Source: Vibrio cholerae ATCC 14035 (GTDB lineage: Bacteria; Pseudomonadota; Gammaproteobacteria; Enterobacterales; Vibrionaceae). Taken from it: DNA of 32,000 nucleotides. The DNA lies in the NCBI RefSeq assembly GCF_000621645.1, contig NZ_JHXR01000002.1, forward strand, positions 270,001 through 302,000, given 5' to 3'. This document shows positions 9,068 through 16,955 of this stretch, in pieces (the stretch's first letter is position 1; each line of letters starts with the position of its first letter). Made by a program: the position numbers and the translations under genes. Below the pieces are notes generated by a model. The model did no database searches. It was not told where the DNA came from and saw only the letters and a list, made by a program, of their open reading frames with translations.

Positions 9068-9184
9068 TTACAGATGAGATGTCGATTGGGTAAAGAAAGA
9101 GTAGTCAAAGTAGTCACGGTGAGACGGCATCATGATGTGCCGAGTCCTGCGAATGTGTGCCATGATTTTTGATTTCTTTTTCAT
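9068..9184 (-). CDS. speFL: speFL-like leader peptide (ornithine-sensing arrest peptide), 38 codons
   Basis: Too short for the ORF track. On the minus strand, ATG at 9184 with a GGAG SD 8 nt upstream and TAA at 9070-9068. Peptide: MKKKSKIMAHIRRTRHIMMPSHRDYFDYSFFTQSTSHL. Compare E. coli SpeFL as I recall it: MENNSRTMPHIRRTTHIMKFAHRNSFDFHFFNAR. They share M.HIRRT.HIM and HR..FD..FF. It lies 340 nt upstream of speF. Confidence 0.8.
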   Translation of the reverse strand: MKKKSKIMAHIRRTRHIMMPSHRDYFDYSFFTQSTSHL

Positions 9185-9532
9185 ATACAACTCCGTTACA
9201 AATAATCAAGAAACCAGTTTACGTCGTTTTGCTTAGAAAGCAGGCGCATTCTATACCCCAAGGAAAAATTAAAATTTGACCATTATCACACCTTAATACG
9301 CATAGATATATATTTTAGATTTATTTACCAACAAGAATAGGTATTACCATATATATCCTAGGAATTGAGCAAAACTATAAGAAAATAATATAGCGGAGAA
9401 CAAAATAAACAGAACAACGCACTATCAAACACTCGTAATCCAACCGGATAAAATGCAACATTAACAACAAATGCCACATATTTAATGACATTCAATAACA
9501 CTGCTGTTTTTCAATTTGACGTGAGATCCTGC

Positions 9533-9658
9533 TATACCCAAACTACTTGGAGTTGCAGGTAGGTGGCAAGTGAGTTCATCCCCATCAACATACACAGGCT
9601 TATGATTGGAATGCACGAGCGTAGCCAACACCGCGGCTGCTTCAAGTAGGAATGGGAT
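9533..9658 (+). repeat. ERIC-like element, copy B (3' of the aldehyde dehydrogenase gene)
   Basis: TATACCCAAACTACTTGGAGTTGCAGGTAGGTGGCAAGTGAGTTCATCCCCAT...GTAGCCAACACCGCGGCTGCTTCAAGTAGGAATGGGAT. The ends are roughly 90% identical to copy C, and the centre is diverged. Confidence 0.8.
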
Positions 9659-9710
9659 CGCATCAAGCCAGACGCTGGCTGGCTTGATATAGTGAGCGAC
9701 ATCAGAAAGA

Positions 9711-11153
9711 TTAGCGCCCAAAAAATCGAGTGAGGACGCGTAACATCGATTGACGATAAGTCAGCAGCCAACCACTACGTGGCAACCACGCGGCTGAACG
9801 CAGCACCGTCTTACTGTGCGAAAAAGTCTTAAAGCCTTCGATTCCGTGGTAATGCCCCTGCCCTGATTCACCAATGCCGCCAAATGGCGCATCATCCGCC
9901 GCAACATGCATTAAGGTATCGTTCACACACGCACCACCACTGTGGGTACGCTGCAAAATATGATTAGCCAGATGGCTCTCTTTGGTCATCACGTACAGCG
10001 CCAATGGCCGTGGGCCTTGATTGACTCGCTCAATCGCTTCTTCAATATTGCGATAACCGATCACCGGCAGGATCGGGCCAAAGATCTCTTGTTGCATCAC
10101 CAGCATGTCATCACTGACTTCGGTTAACAGATGCGGCAGCATCTGCCTTGCTTCAAGTTCTACTGTTTTGCCCACTACAGTATTGAGTTTGGCACCTTTT
10201 TGCTGTGCATCATCCAAACAGTGTTGTAATCGGTCAAACTGCGCTTGGTTAATGATTTGTGTCACATCCATACTACCATGACGGATAAAACGGCGCGCAA
10301 AACGCTGCAAATAAAGCTCAACGAAGGTCGCGACTTTCGCTTGCGGCAGCATGACGTAATCCGGTGCGACACAGATCTGCCCGGCATTGGTGGTTTTACC
10401 CAGCATGATGTTATCCACGCTACGCGCGAGATCCGCATCGTCAGCAATGATCACTGGAGATTTGCCCCCCAACTCTAACGTCACAGGTGTTAAATTTTTC
10501 GCGGCCGCTTGCGCCACTAACTTGCCTACGGCGGTTGAACCCGTAAACAGCAGATGATCAAATCGCAAGGCACTAAAAGCCGCAGCAACCTTCGCATCAC
10601 CTTGCACGCAAACCGCGATATCGCCTAACGCGGCAATCACACGCGCTAGTACCTGATTGGTGGCAGGTGTGTACTCGCTCAATTTCACCATCACCTGATT
10701 CCCCGCAGCAACAGCGGTGATCAGTGGTGCAATACTAAGCAAAATAGGAAAATTCCAAGGTACCATTACCCCCACCACACCCAAGGGCTGAAATTGCACT
10801 TCAACACGCGAAGGCAGCAGCATCCATCCTGCATGTCGCCGCTGCGGCTTCATCCACTTTTTCAGTTGCTTAGCCGTGTAATTGAGATGATTTAACGTTG
10901 GCAGTAAATCGCACAGACCGCTATCAAAACGACTACGGAAACCATAATCTTGATTGACTGCGGCAATCAGGGCTTCGTTTTCACGCAATAAAGCCTGTTT
11001 GAGCTGGGTTAAACGTTGCAAACGGTGGGTCAAACTCGGATAAGGCGTATTGGCATACTGCCTTTTTAGGCGCGTAAATTCAGCCTGCAAAGCTTCGATT
11101 GCTGACGAGATTTCTGGTGACTCAGCACGAGACACCACAGAGAGTTGAACCAT
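9711..11153 (-). CDS. NAD(P)+-dependent aldehyde dehydrogenase (coniferyl-aldehyde dehydrogenase-like subfamily)
   Basis: 480-aa ORF with ALDH catalytic motifs LELGGKSP (Glu) and NAGQICVAPDY (Cys), plus the PWNFP motif. GGAG SD upstream. Confidence 0.9.
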   Translation of the reverse strand: MVQLSVVSRAESPEISSAIEALQAEFTRLKRQYANTPYPSLTHRLQRLTQLKQALLRENEALIAAVNQDYGFRSRFDSGLCDLLPTLNHLNYTAKQLKKWMKPQRRHAGWMLLPSRVEVQFQPLGVVGVMVPWNFPILLSIAPLITAVAAGNQVMVKLSEYTPATNQVLARVIAALGDIAVCVQGDAKVAAAFSALRFDHLLFTGSTAVGKLVAQAAAKNLTPVTLELGGKSPVIIADDADLARSVDNIMLGKTTNAGQICVAPDYVMLPQAKVATFVELYLQRFARRFIRHGSMDVTQIINQAQFDRLQHCLDDAQQKGAKLNTVVGKTVELEARQMLPHLLTEVSDDMLVMQQEIFGPILPVIGYRNIEEAIERVNQGPRPLALYVMTKESHLANHILQRTHSGGACVNDTLMHVAADDAPFGGIGESGQGHYHGIEGFKTFSHSKTVLRSAAWLPRSGWLLTYRQSMLRVLTRFFGR

Positions 11154-11175
11154 AGTAAACTCCGCAGAAATAAAA

Positions 11176-11301
11176 TATATAAACTACTTGGAGTTGCAGG
11201 TAGGAGGAAAGTGAGTTCATCCCCATGAGCATAGATACACTATGTGATTGAGGTGAACAAACGTAGCCAACGCCGCTGCAGCTTCAAGTAGGAAGGGGAT
11301 A
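11176..11301 (+). repeat. ERIC-like element, copy C (between the AsnC-family gene and the aldehyde dehydrogenase start)
   Basis: Same orientation as copy B. It ends only about 20 nt upstream of the ALDH SD and begins about 25 nt after the AsnC-family stop. Confidence 0.8.
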
Positions 11302-11325
11302 AGCCCCCCTCGGGCGTAGAGTATC

Positions 11326-11808
11326 TTAACTTGGCAAGCTGTAAATCAGCTCAGGGTTGATACCAAAACTGGTTTTGTGCTCTTCAATCACAAACTCACT
11401 ACGGGTTTGAATCACGCCGGGTAAAGAGCCCAACTTGCCCGACATAAACGCTTGATACGCTTTCATGTCTTTGACGCGCACTTTAATCATGGTGTCAAAA
11501 TCACCAGAGAGCGAGTAACAGGCTTCGATTTCTGGGATATCCGCAACAGCGTGAGCAAAACGTTCAAAAATTGAGAAGCTGCTTTGATCAAGCCGAATAT
11601 GGATAAAGACCTGCACATCCAAGCCTAACTTTCCCGGATCGAGATCCGCGTGGTAACCGCGAATGTATCCCTCTTTTTCTAAACGTTTTACCCGCTCTGA
11701 ACAGGGCGATGTCGTGAGATTCACCAACTTGGCCAGCTCAACGACCGGTAAACGCCCTTTGGCATGTAAGATCCGCAAAATATCGCGGTCAACTCGATCC
11801 AGACTCAT
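11326..11808 (-). CDS. Lrp/AsnC-family transcriptional regulator
   Basis: 160-aa ORF with an N-terminal HTH_AsnC (DRDILRILHAKGRLPVVELAKLVNLTTSPCSERVKRLEKEGYI) and a C-terminal RAM/AsnC_trans_reg domain. Confidence 0.9.
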   Translation of the reverse strand: MSLDRVDRDILRILHAKGRLPVVELAKLVNLTTSPCSERVKRLEKEGYIRGYHADLDPGKLGLDVQVFIHIRLDQSSFSIFERFAHAVADIPEIEACYSLSGDFDTMIKVRVKDMKAYQAFMSGKLGSLPGVIQTRSEFVIEEHKTSFGINPELIYSLPS

Positions 11809-11900
11809 ACAGCAACATCCTTTGACTGTTTAGACCCGAATACAATACTGATAACCCCCAATCGGCAGAAATAGTGTGCGGCAAGGCGTGATGTACCTCA

Positions 11901-11927
11901 CGCAAAAGGGCATCTTACGATGCCCTT
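11901..11927 (-). terminator. Rho-independent terminator downstream of the MCP gene
   Basis: The minus strand reads AAGGGCATC-GTAA-GATGCCCTT followed by TTGCG; the T-run includes the stem's own T residues. Confidence 0.6.
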
Positions 11928-12005
11928 GGTTTTCTCCTTGCGACTGAAGCGGCTACCGTGTCCGCCCAGTTCCAGTCAAATCACGCGATGTTGCACCGCT
12001 GTAGC

Positions 12006-13895
12006 TTATAGCTTAAAGCGTGAAATCTCCTTATTCAGCTCTTGTGCCATCGCATGCAGTGATTTCGCCTGCTGCACGGATTGCTGAGCTTCTTCGGCTA
12101 ACTGGTCGCTCACTTCACGGACAGATTCAGTATTCACATTGATATCCGCCGTCACTAACGATTGCTCTTCCGCCGCTGAAGCGATTTGCGTCGCCATATC
12201 GCTGATCTGCTGAATCGCTTCACTGATCGCTTGCAAGCTTGCTCCGGTTTGGTTGACATCCGCGACACTGGTTTCCACCAACTTATGGCTTTCGGTCATT
12301 ACCGATACCGCAGTGGTGGTGACTTTCTGCAAGCCAGCAATCTTAGTCTGGATCTCTTCCGTCGATGCGTGGGTGCGCTGTGACAGCACACGAACTTCAT
12401 CCGCAACCACCGCAAAACCGCGTCCTTGCTCTCCGGCACGCGCCGCTTCAATCGCGGCGTTCAATGCCAGCAAATTGGTCTGTTCAGCGATGCCACGAAT
12501 GGTCGACAAGATGGTGGAAATTTCATTGGCATGCACTTCAAGCTCGCTGATGATACGCACCGCGCCAGTTAACTCTTGAGCAAGCTGGTCAATCGACTGT
12601 TTACTTTGTTGCATTTGCGCAAAGCCATCTTCGCCCAATTGCACCGATTGAGTGGCGTTCTTCGCGGTATTTTCGGCATTGCTGGCGATTTCAGCTGTCG
12701 CCGACGCCATTTCCGTCACCGCTGTCGCGACCATAGTGATTTCATCTTGCTGGGTGCGAATGCGTTTGCTGGCTTGAGTCGCCGAGGCGGCCGCGTGGTC
12801 AGCCCCTTGAGTCAGCGCCACCGACACTTCACGCACATTTTTTACCATTTGATGCAAGCGATCGACGAACTTGTTGAACTTATCCGCCAGCAAACCGACT
12901 TCATCTTGGCTGCGAACATCCAAACGACGAGTCAAATCGCCATCCCCTTCGGCGATATCCGCCAGAGCATTAGCGATATTACCGAGCTCATTAAGCTGAC
13001 GAGCCACAAACCAAGACGTAAGCAGTGCCATCACAAGCAAGATACCTAGTCCAATCCCGATCTGCACCATCAACATGTCATTCAGTGGCTGCTCCAGAAC
13101 CCCTTTATCCATCACCATGACCAGTAACCAATCGGTATTCGCCACTTCCTCAGCCATCAAGACCTTATCTCGCCCGTCCATGCTCAGTTGGAAGAGCGAA
13201 TGGTCTTTGGCCGCGATATTGAGCTTAGAAATAGTCAGTTGAGCCGACATCTCTTCCGTCGGCTTTAGGATCAAATCTTGAGTTGGGTGAGCAACGATTT
13301 TGCCTTTTTGGTTCACCAGAATCGCGTAACCTTTTCCGGGCACTTCAATCGCTAACACATCTTTAATCAGCTTATCTAACGCAAGATTGGAGGCGGCCAC
13401 CCCAATCAATTGACCTTGATAGCGAACAGGCTCTGCCAAGGTCACAACTAAGGTTTGCATGGTGACGCTCACGTAAGGTTCGGTCGTGATCGGTTTGCCG
13501 GCTGCTTTTGCTTCTTTGTACCAACCACGGACTCGAGGGTCATAATCTGCGGTATTGAGTGACGGATCTTGACGGAACATTTCGCCCTGCTCATTACCGT
13601 AGTAACTCAATCCAAAAGAGCCAGACTGCAGTGTCTGTCTTAAATGAGGGACTAACTCTAACTGCGGATTGCGTTCAATTTCTTCACGTAGCCCTTTAAG
13701 CGCGAGCTGCTTGCCCAAAAACCAGTCACCAATCCCTTTGGCATGCGCTTGTAAAGTATTGCGACTTTCACTTTCAATCGCCCGCCAACTGTCCTTTTCA
13801 AAGGTCTGATACCCTGCGGCGACTAACGCCGCCGCCGTCACGGCAATCGCCACGACCACAGAGAAAACCATTTTTCTCTTTAAACTCAATCTCAT
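12006..13895 (-). CDS. Methyl-accepting chemotaxis protein with a periplasmic dCache sensor, HAMP and MCP signalling domain
   Basis: The ORF is 12006-13925. I prefer the ATG at 13895 ([19 protein letters not shown]..., GGAG SD 8 nt upstream). The protein has two TM segments, a HAMP region and the highly conserved signalling hairpin ([32 protein letters not shown]). Confidence 0.92.
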   Translation of the reverse strand: MRLSLKRKMVFSVVVAIAVTAAALVAAGYQTFEKDSWRAIESESRNTLQAHAKGIGDWFLGKQLALKGLREEIERNPQLELVPHLRQTLQSGSFGLSYYGNEQGEMFRQDPSLNTADYDPRVRGWYKEAKAAGKPITTEPYVSVTMQTLVVTLAEPVRYQGQLIGVAASNLALDKLIKDVLAIEVPGKGYAILVNQKGKIVAHPTQDLILKPTEEMSAQLTISKLNIAAKDHSLFQLSMDGRDKVLMAEEVANTDWLLVMVMDKGVLEQPLNDMLMVQIGIGLGILLVMALLTSWFVARQLNELGNIANALADIAEGDGDLTRRLDVRSQDEVGLLADKFNKFVDRLHQMVKNVREVSVALTQGADHAAASATQASKRIRTQQDEITMVATAVTEMASATAEIASNAENTAKNATQSVQLGEDGFAQMQQSKQSIDQLAQELTGAVRIISELEVHANEISTILSTIRGIAEQTNLLALNAAIEAARAGEQGRGFAVVADEVRVLSQRTHASTEEIQTKIAGLQKVTTTAVSVMTESHKLVETSVADVNQTGASLQAISEAIQQISDMATQIASAAEEQSLVTADINVNTESVREVSDQLAEEAQQSVQQAKSLHAMAQELNKEISRFKL

Positions 13896-14267
13896 GAACA
13901 ATACTCCATTCATATCAAATTGCACTGATATGGGAGCAAGTTAGCGAAATGACGAGGAATTACCTTGCGAAAACTCCCACAATCGTAATGAGTGATAACA
14001 AGGAATGACTAAAGTGTGAGCTTCTGTCCATAATGGTGCACAAAAGCCACTAGCTGGCCCCATCAGTAAGCATTGGACTTAAAAGAAAATAGAAACAAAG
14101 CGTTGCCATGCATTCCCATCCAATATCATGAATATGCCGCAGTTGAGATGCCATATGCCGATACAATTTGAAGTGGCCGGTAAGCAGCCAGCGAGTGAAA
14201 GGTGACGCTAAAACCGATTTGCACAGCCGCAAGCTCGTCTTAGGTGAGCCCAATCATGACGCGGAAA

Positions 14268-14489
14268 TCATGCGCTTGCGAATAAATCACGCTGCGCCGC
14301 TCGCTCATTCTGCTGGTTACAGACTCGGCAGAAATAGCGTTGCTCCATCTGATAATAGTGTTGGCCTTGCATCAGCATGGTGAGAAATTGTTGGAAACCT
14401 TGCCAGCCTTCAGGTTGTGACTGCACACGTTTCATCACCATTTTGTGTGCGGTGTGTTTACCACAACTACGACAATACGCTTTAGGCAT
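14268..14489 (-). CDS. Small zinc-ribbon protein of unknown function (73 aa)
   Basis: It has a strong AGGAGA SD 7 nt upstream of the ATG. Two CxxC pairs are present (C6-x2-C9 and C54-x2-C57): MPKAYCRSCGKHTAHK...RYFCRVCNQQ. I recognise no family. Confidence 0.6.
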   Translation of the reverse strand: MPKAYCRSCGKHTAHKMVMKRVQSQPEGWQGFQQFLTMLMQGQHYYQMEQRYFCRVCNQQNERAAQRDLFASA

Positions 14490-14621
14490 GACGGAGATCT
14501 CCTATCCGATTGGTCACTATTGACAGTTGACGCATTTTGCAGCGATAGGTTCCGTAGACATAATTTGTTGTGCAAATTTCGTGACCTATATTTGAAAATT
14601 ACTCAATAATGCCCAGGCAGA

Positions 14622-14651
14622 GCAAAAAGAAAGCCTCGCAAAGCGAGGCTT
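14622..14651 (-). terminator. Rho-independent terminator of the put operon (after putP)
   Basis: The minus strand reads AAGCCTCGC-TTT-GCGAGGCTT followed by TCTTTTTGC, about 20 nt after the putP stop. Confidence 0.8.
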
Positions 14652-14672
14652 GTTCCGTAGAGTAAAATGGAC

Positions 14673-16163
14673 TTATTCCAGTTCAATCAACTGCTTTTTG
14701 AAGGTGGCGTGTTGCGCTTTTACCTTCTCATCCGGTTCGCCGGTGAGCAGGCTGACCACAACAATCGACAGGGTTGAAAGGATAATTCCCGGTACGATTT
14801 CGTACACATCAAACCAACCGCCAGACAGTTGTTTCCAAACCACAATCGTCACACCACCGACAATGATCCCCGATAGCGCACCATGACGGTTCATACGCGG
14901 CCAGTACAGGCTCAAGACCAGAGCAGGACCAAACGCCGCACCAAAGCCAGCCCAAGCGTAGGACACCAAACCCAGCACTGAGCTATCTGGCGTCATCGCT
15001 AAAAACAGGGCAATCAGCGAGATCAAAATCACCGCGATGCGACCAACGCGGACAATGTCTTCGGAGCTAGCATCGGTTTTGAACACTTGCTTGTAGAAAT
15101 CTTCCGCGAGTGCCGATGAAGAGACCAGCAGCTGCGAATCCGCAGTACTCATGATTGCCGCCAAAATGGCGGCCAGCAAAATACCAGCGATGACTGGGTG
15201 GAACAGCGAGTTCACTAATAGCATGAAGATTTTTTCGCCATCATCCAGACCAATCGTGCCTGATTGAGTAACGAAAATCAGACCCGTTAAACCGACCAGA
15301 ATCGCGCCAGCCATTGAAAGCCCAGTCCACACTACTGCGATACGGCGCGCCGTGGTCAGATCTTTATTGGAACGTGAGGCTTTGAAACGCGCCAGAATGT
15401 GCGGCTGACCAAAATAGCCCAAGCCCCAAGCCACTAAAGAGATGATGGCAATCGCCGACAGAGGTTCGCCTTTCGCGTCATTCCACAAGGTCAGCAGTTC
15501 AGGGTTAATCGCTGCCAAATCGTGATTAAGCTGAGTAAAGCCACCATTCATTGCCGCAATCGGCACGATCATCAGTGCCGCTGCCATGAGCAAGCCTTGC
15601 ACCAAGTCCGTCCAAGAGACCGCTAAGAAGCCACCAAACAGGGTGTACGACACCACACAAACCGTACCTATGATCACCGCGGTGGAGTAATCCAAGCCGA
15701 ATACGGTTTCAAACAGTTTACCGCCTGCCACCAAACCCGAACTGGTATAGAAGAGGAAGAACAGCAGAATAAAGAACGCAGAAATGGTTTGGATGAGTTT
15801 TGAGTTATCGTTAAAACGGCGTGACAAAAACTCAGGTAAAGTCAGAGAGTCCGTGGTGATGCTGTAGGTGCGCAGACGCTTAGCATTCACTAACCAGTTA
15901 GCCCAAGTACCGACGAGCAAGCCGCCAGCCAACCAGAATGATTCAATGCCGGCGGCATACGCGTAACCCGGCAGACCGAGCAGTAACCAGCCACTCATGT
16001 CGGATGCGCCAGCAGAGAGTGCTGCAGGCCATGGCCCTAATGAACGGCCACCCAGAAAGTAATCGGCTGAGTTTTTCGTTCGCTGATAAGCGTAAACCCC
16101 AATCGCCAACATCAAAATGAGGTAGACGATAAAGGTGGTTGTAATAGCGAAGCTATTTTCCAT
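14673..16163 (-). CDS. putP: Sodium/proline symporter (SSS family)
   Basis: 496-aa polytopic membrane ORF with the SSS-family pattern (YFLGGRSLGPW, GASDMSGWLLLGLPG). It is linked to putA. Confidence 0.93.
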   Translation of the reverse strand: MENSFAITTTFIVYLILMLAIGVYAYQRTKNSADYFLGGRSLGPWPAALSAGASDMSGWLLLGLPGYAYAAGIESFWLAGGLLVGTWANWLVNAKRLRTYSITTDSLTLPEFLSRRFNDNSKLIQTISAFFILLFFLFYTSSGLVAGGKLFETVFGLDYSTAVIIGTVCVVSYTLFGGFLAVSWTDLVQGLLMAAALMIVPIAAMNGGFTQLNHDLAAINPELLTLWNDAKGEPLSAIAIISLVAWGLGYFGQPHILARFKASRSNKDLTTARRIAVVWTGLSMAGAILVGLTGLIFVTQSGTIGLDDGEKIFMLLVNSLFHPVIAGILLAAILAAIMSTADSQLLVSSSALAEDFYKQVFKTDASSEDIVRVGRIAVILISLIALFLAMTPDSSVLGLVSYAWAGFGAAFGPALVLSLYWPRMNRHGALSGIIVGGVTIVVWKQLSGGWFDVYEIVPGIILSTLSIVVVSLLTGEPDEKVKAQHATFKKQLIELE

Positions 16164-16235
16164 TGTGTTTTGTCCTCTTTTTCAAGATCGCCTTTCATGC
16201 CCCCTCTTATCCAAAGGGGGCAAACGCAGAAAGGA

Positions 16236-16934
16236 CTAATGAGTATCCACACCTAGCTCCAAGAGCGTCGCGTTTCCACCCACTGCTGTTATATTTATTG
16301 TGCGTGTGCGCTCGGTAATAAAGCGCAGTGATAAATGTGGATCATGTGCCACCGGCAAGGTAAGCAGATCCGTTTCTGAAACGAGACTGACAATCGCGCC
16401 TGTACGTTTCGCGAGCTGACGGTTGATCGTGGCCTCAACCGACGGGGTTCCGACATATCCAACGCATCTCACATCTGATTCGATCAGTTGGTGATACGCA
16501 TCGAAAGAAGCAAACTGCAACAAATTTGCCGGAAGGGATGACTGCTGGTAAGCAGCCACTAACGCAGAACTCAACTCTTTATCGTCACTGCAAAAAACGA
16601 CACTGTTCCCCGCTACGAGTGCGGCAGTCAGTTGAGCCACTACGGCTTGTTTGGCTTGAATACCGTTATCCTCTTGGATGATCAGGGCAACACCACGCCC
16701 TGCGGTATAAAGCTCATTGGTTTCTCCGGTAGGCCCAATCAGTTGGTGCGTATGCGCCAACAAAGTCGATGCCTGTTGAAGATGGTAGGAAATCACTTTT
16801 GCCACACCGGGCATGCTGTTTTCCAATAAAGATTTCAACGCGAGTAAACACTCACATTTCGAGTCAAAGTCGGTCAGATTCCAATTTTCCCAAGCAGAAA
16901 AGGCGTCTGAAAAACGGGTTACTTGATGCACCAT
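16236..16934 (-). CDS. Stand-alone homologue of the PutA C-terminal domain (ALDH-superfamily Rossmann-like CTD with the conserved C-terminal motif)
   Basis: 232-aa ORF. LIGPTGETNELYTAGRGVALII, LTAALVAGNSVVF and the C-terminal ERTRTINITAVGGNATLLELG parallel the last ~230 residues of E. coli PutA as recalled (LPGPTGERNTW..., LAAVLAVGSQVLW, ERSLSVNTAAAGGNASLMTIG). An AAGGAG SD lies 7 nt upstream. The ORF is in the same frame as putA, 21 nt after its TAA. Confidence 0.8.
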   Translation of the reverse strand: MVHQVTRFSDAFSAWENWNLTDFDSKCECLLALKSLLENSMPGVAKVISYHLQQASTLLAHTHQLIGPTGETNELYTAGRGVALIIQEDNGIQAKQAVVAQLTAALVAGNSVVFCSDDKELSSALVAAYQQSSLPANLLQFASFDAYHQLIESDVRCVGYVGTPSVEATINRQLAKRTGAIVSLVSETDLLTLPVAHDPHLSLRFITERTRTINITAVGGNATLLELGVDTH

Positions 16935-16955
16935 GATACGTCTCCTTGCTGTGGG

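Noticed and set aside
9482-9771. Two overlapping 79-aa minus-strand ORFs (9482-9721 and 9532-9771)
   Set aside because: They lie within or across ERIC-like copy B and the 3' end of the ALDH gene and have no SD. They are open only because of the repeat's composition. An equivalent pseudo-ORF is not conserved in the other ERIC copies.
1370-11301. Whether the three ~126-bp repeats could be a CRISPR array, integron attC (VCR) sites or IS ends
   Set aside because: The copies are kilobases apart, in mixed orientation and imperfect, and have internal dyad symmetry. There are no regular spacers and no cas, integrase or transposase genes. The sequence fits ERIC/IRU and does not fit the VCR consensus.
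9711-11808. The idea that the AsnC-regulator and ALDH pair next to speF-potE forms a novel polyamine-aldehyde catabolic module
   Set aside because: This rests on adjacency only. The ALDH resembles the broad coniferyl-aldehyde dehydrogenase subfamily, and no aminotransferase or oxidase partner is present. The genes are separated from speF by ~1 kb containing an independent leader and promoter.
14050-14383. ORFs 14050-14253 (-) and 14168-14383 (+) in the MCP/zinc-ribbon spacer
   Set aside because: They mutually overlap on opposite strands. The plus-strand one is antisense to the SD-supported zinc-ribbon gene. Neither has an SD or a recognisable motif.
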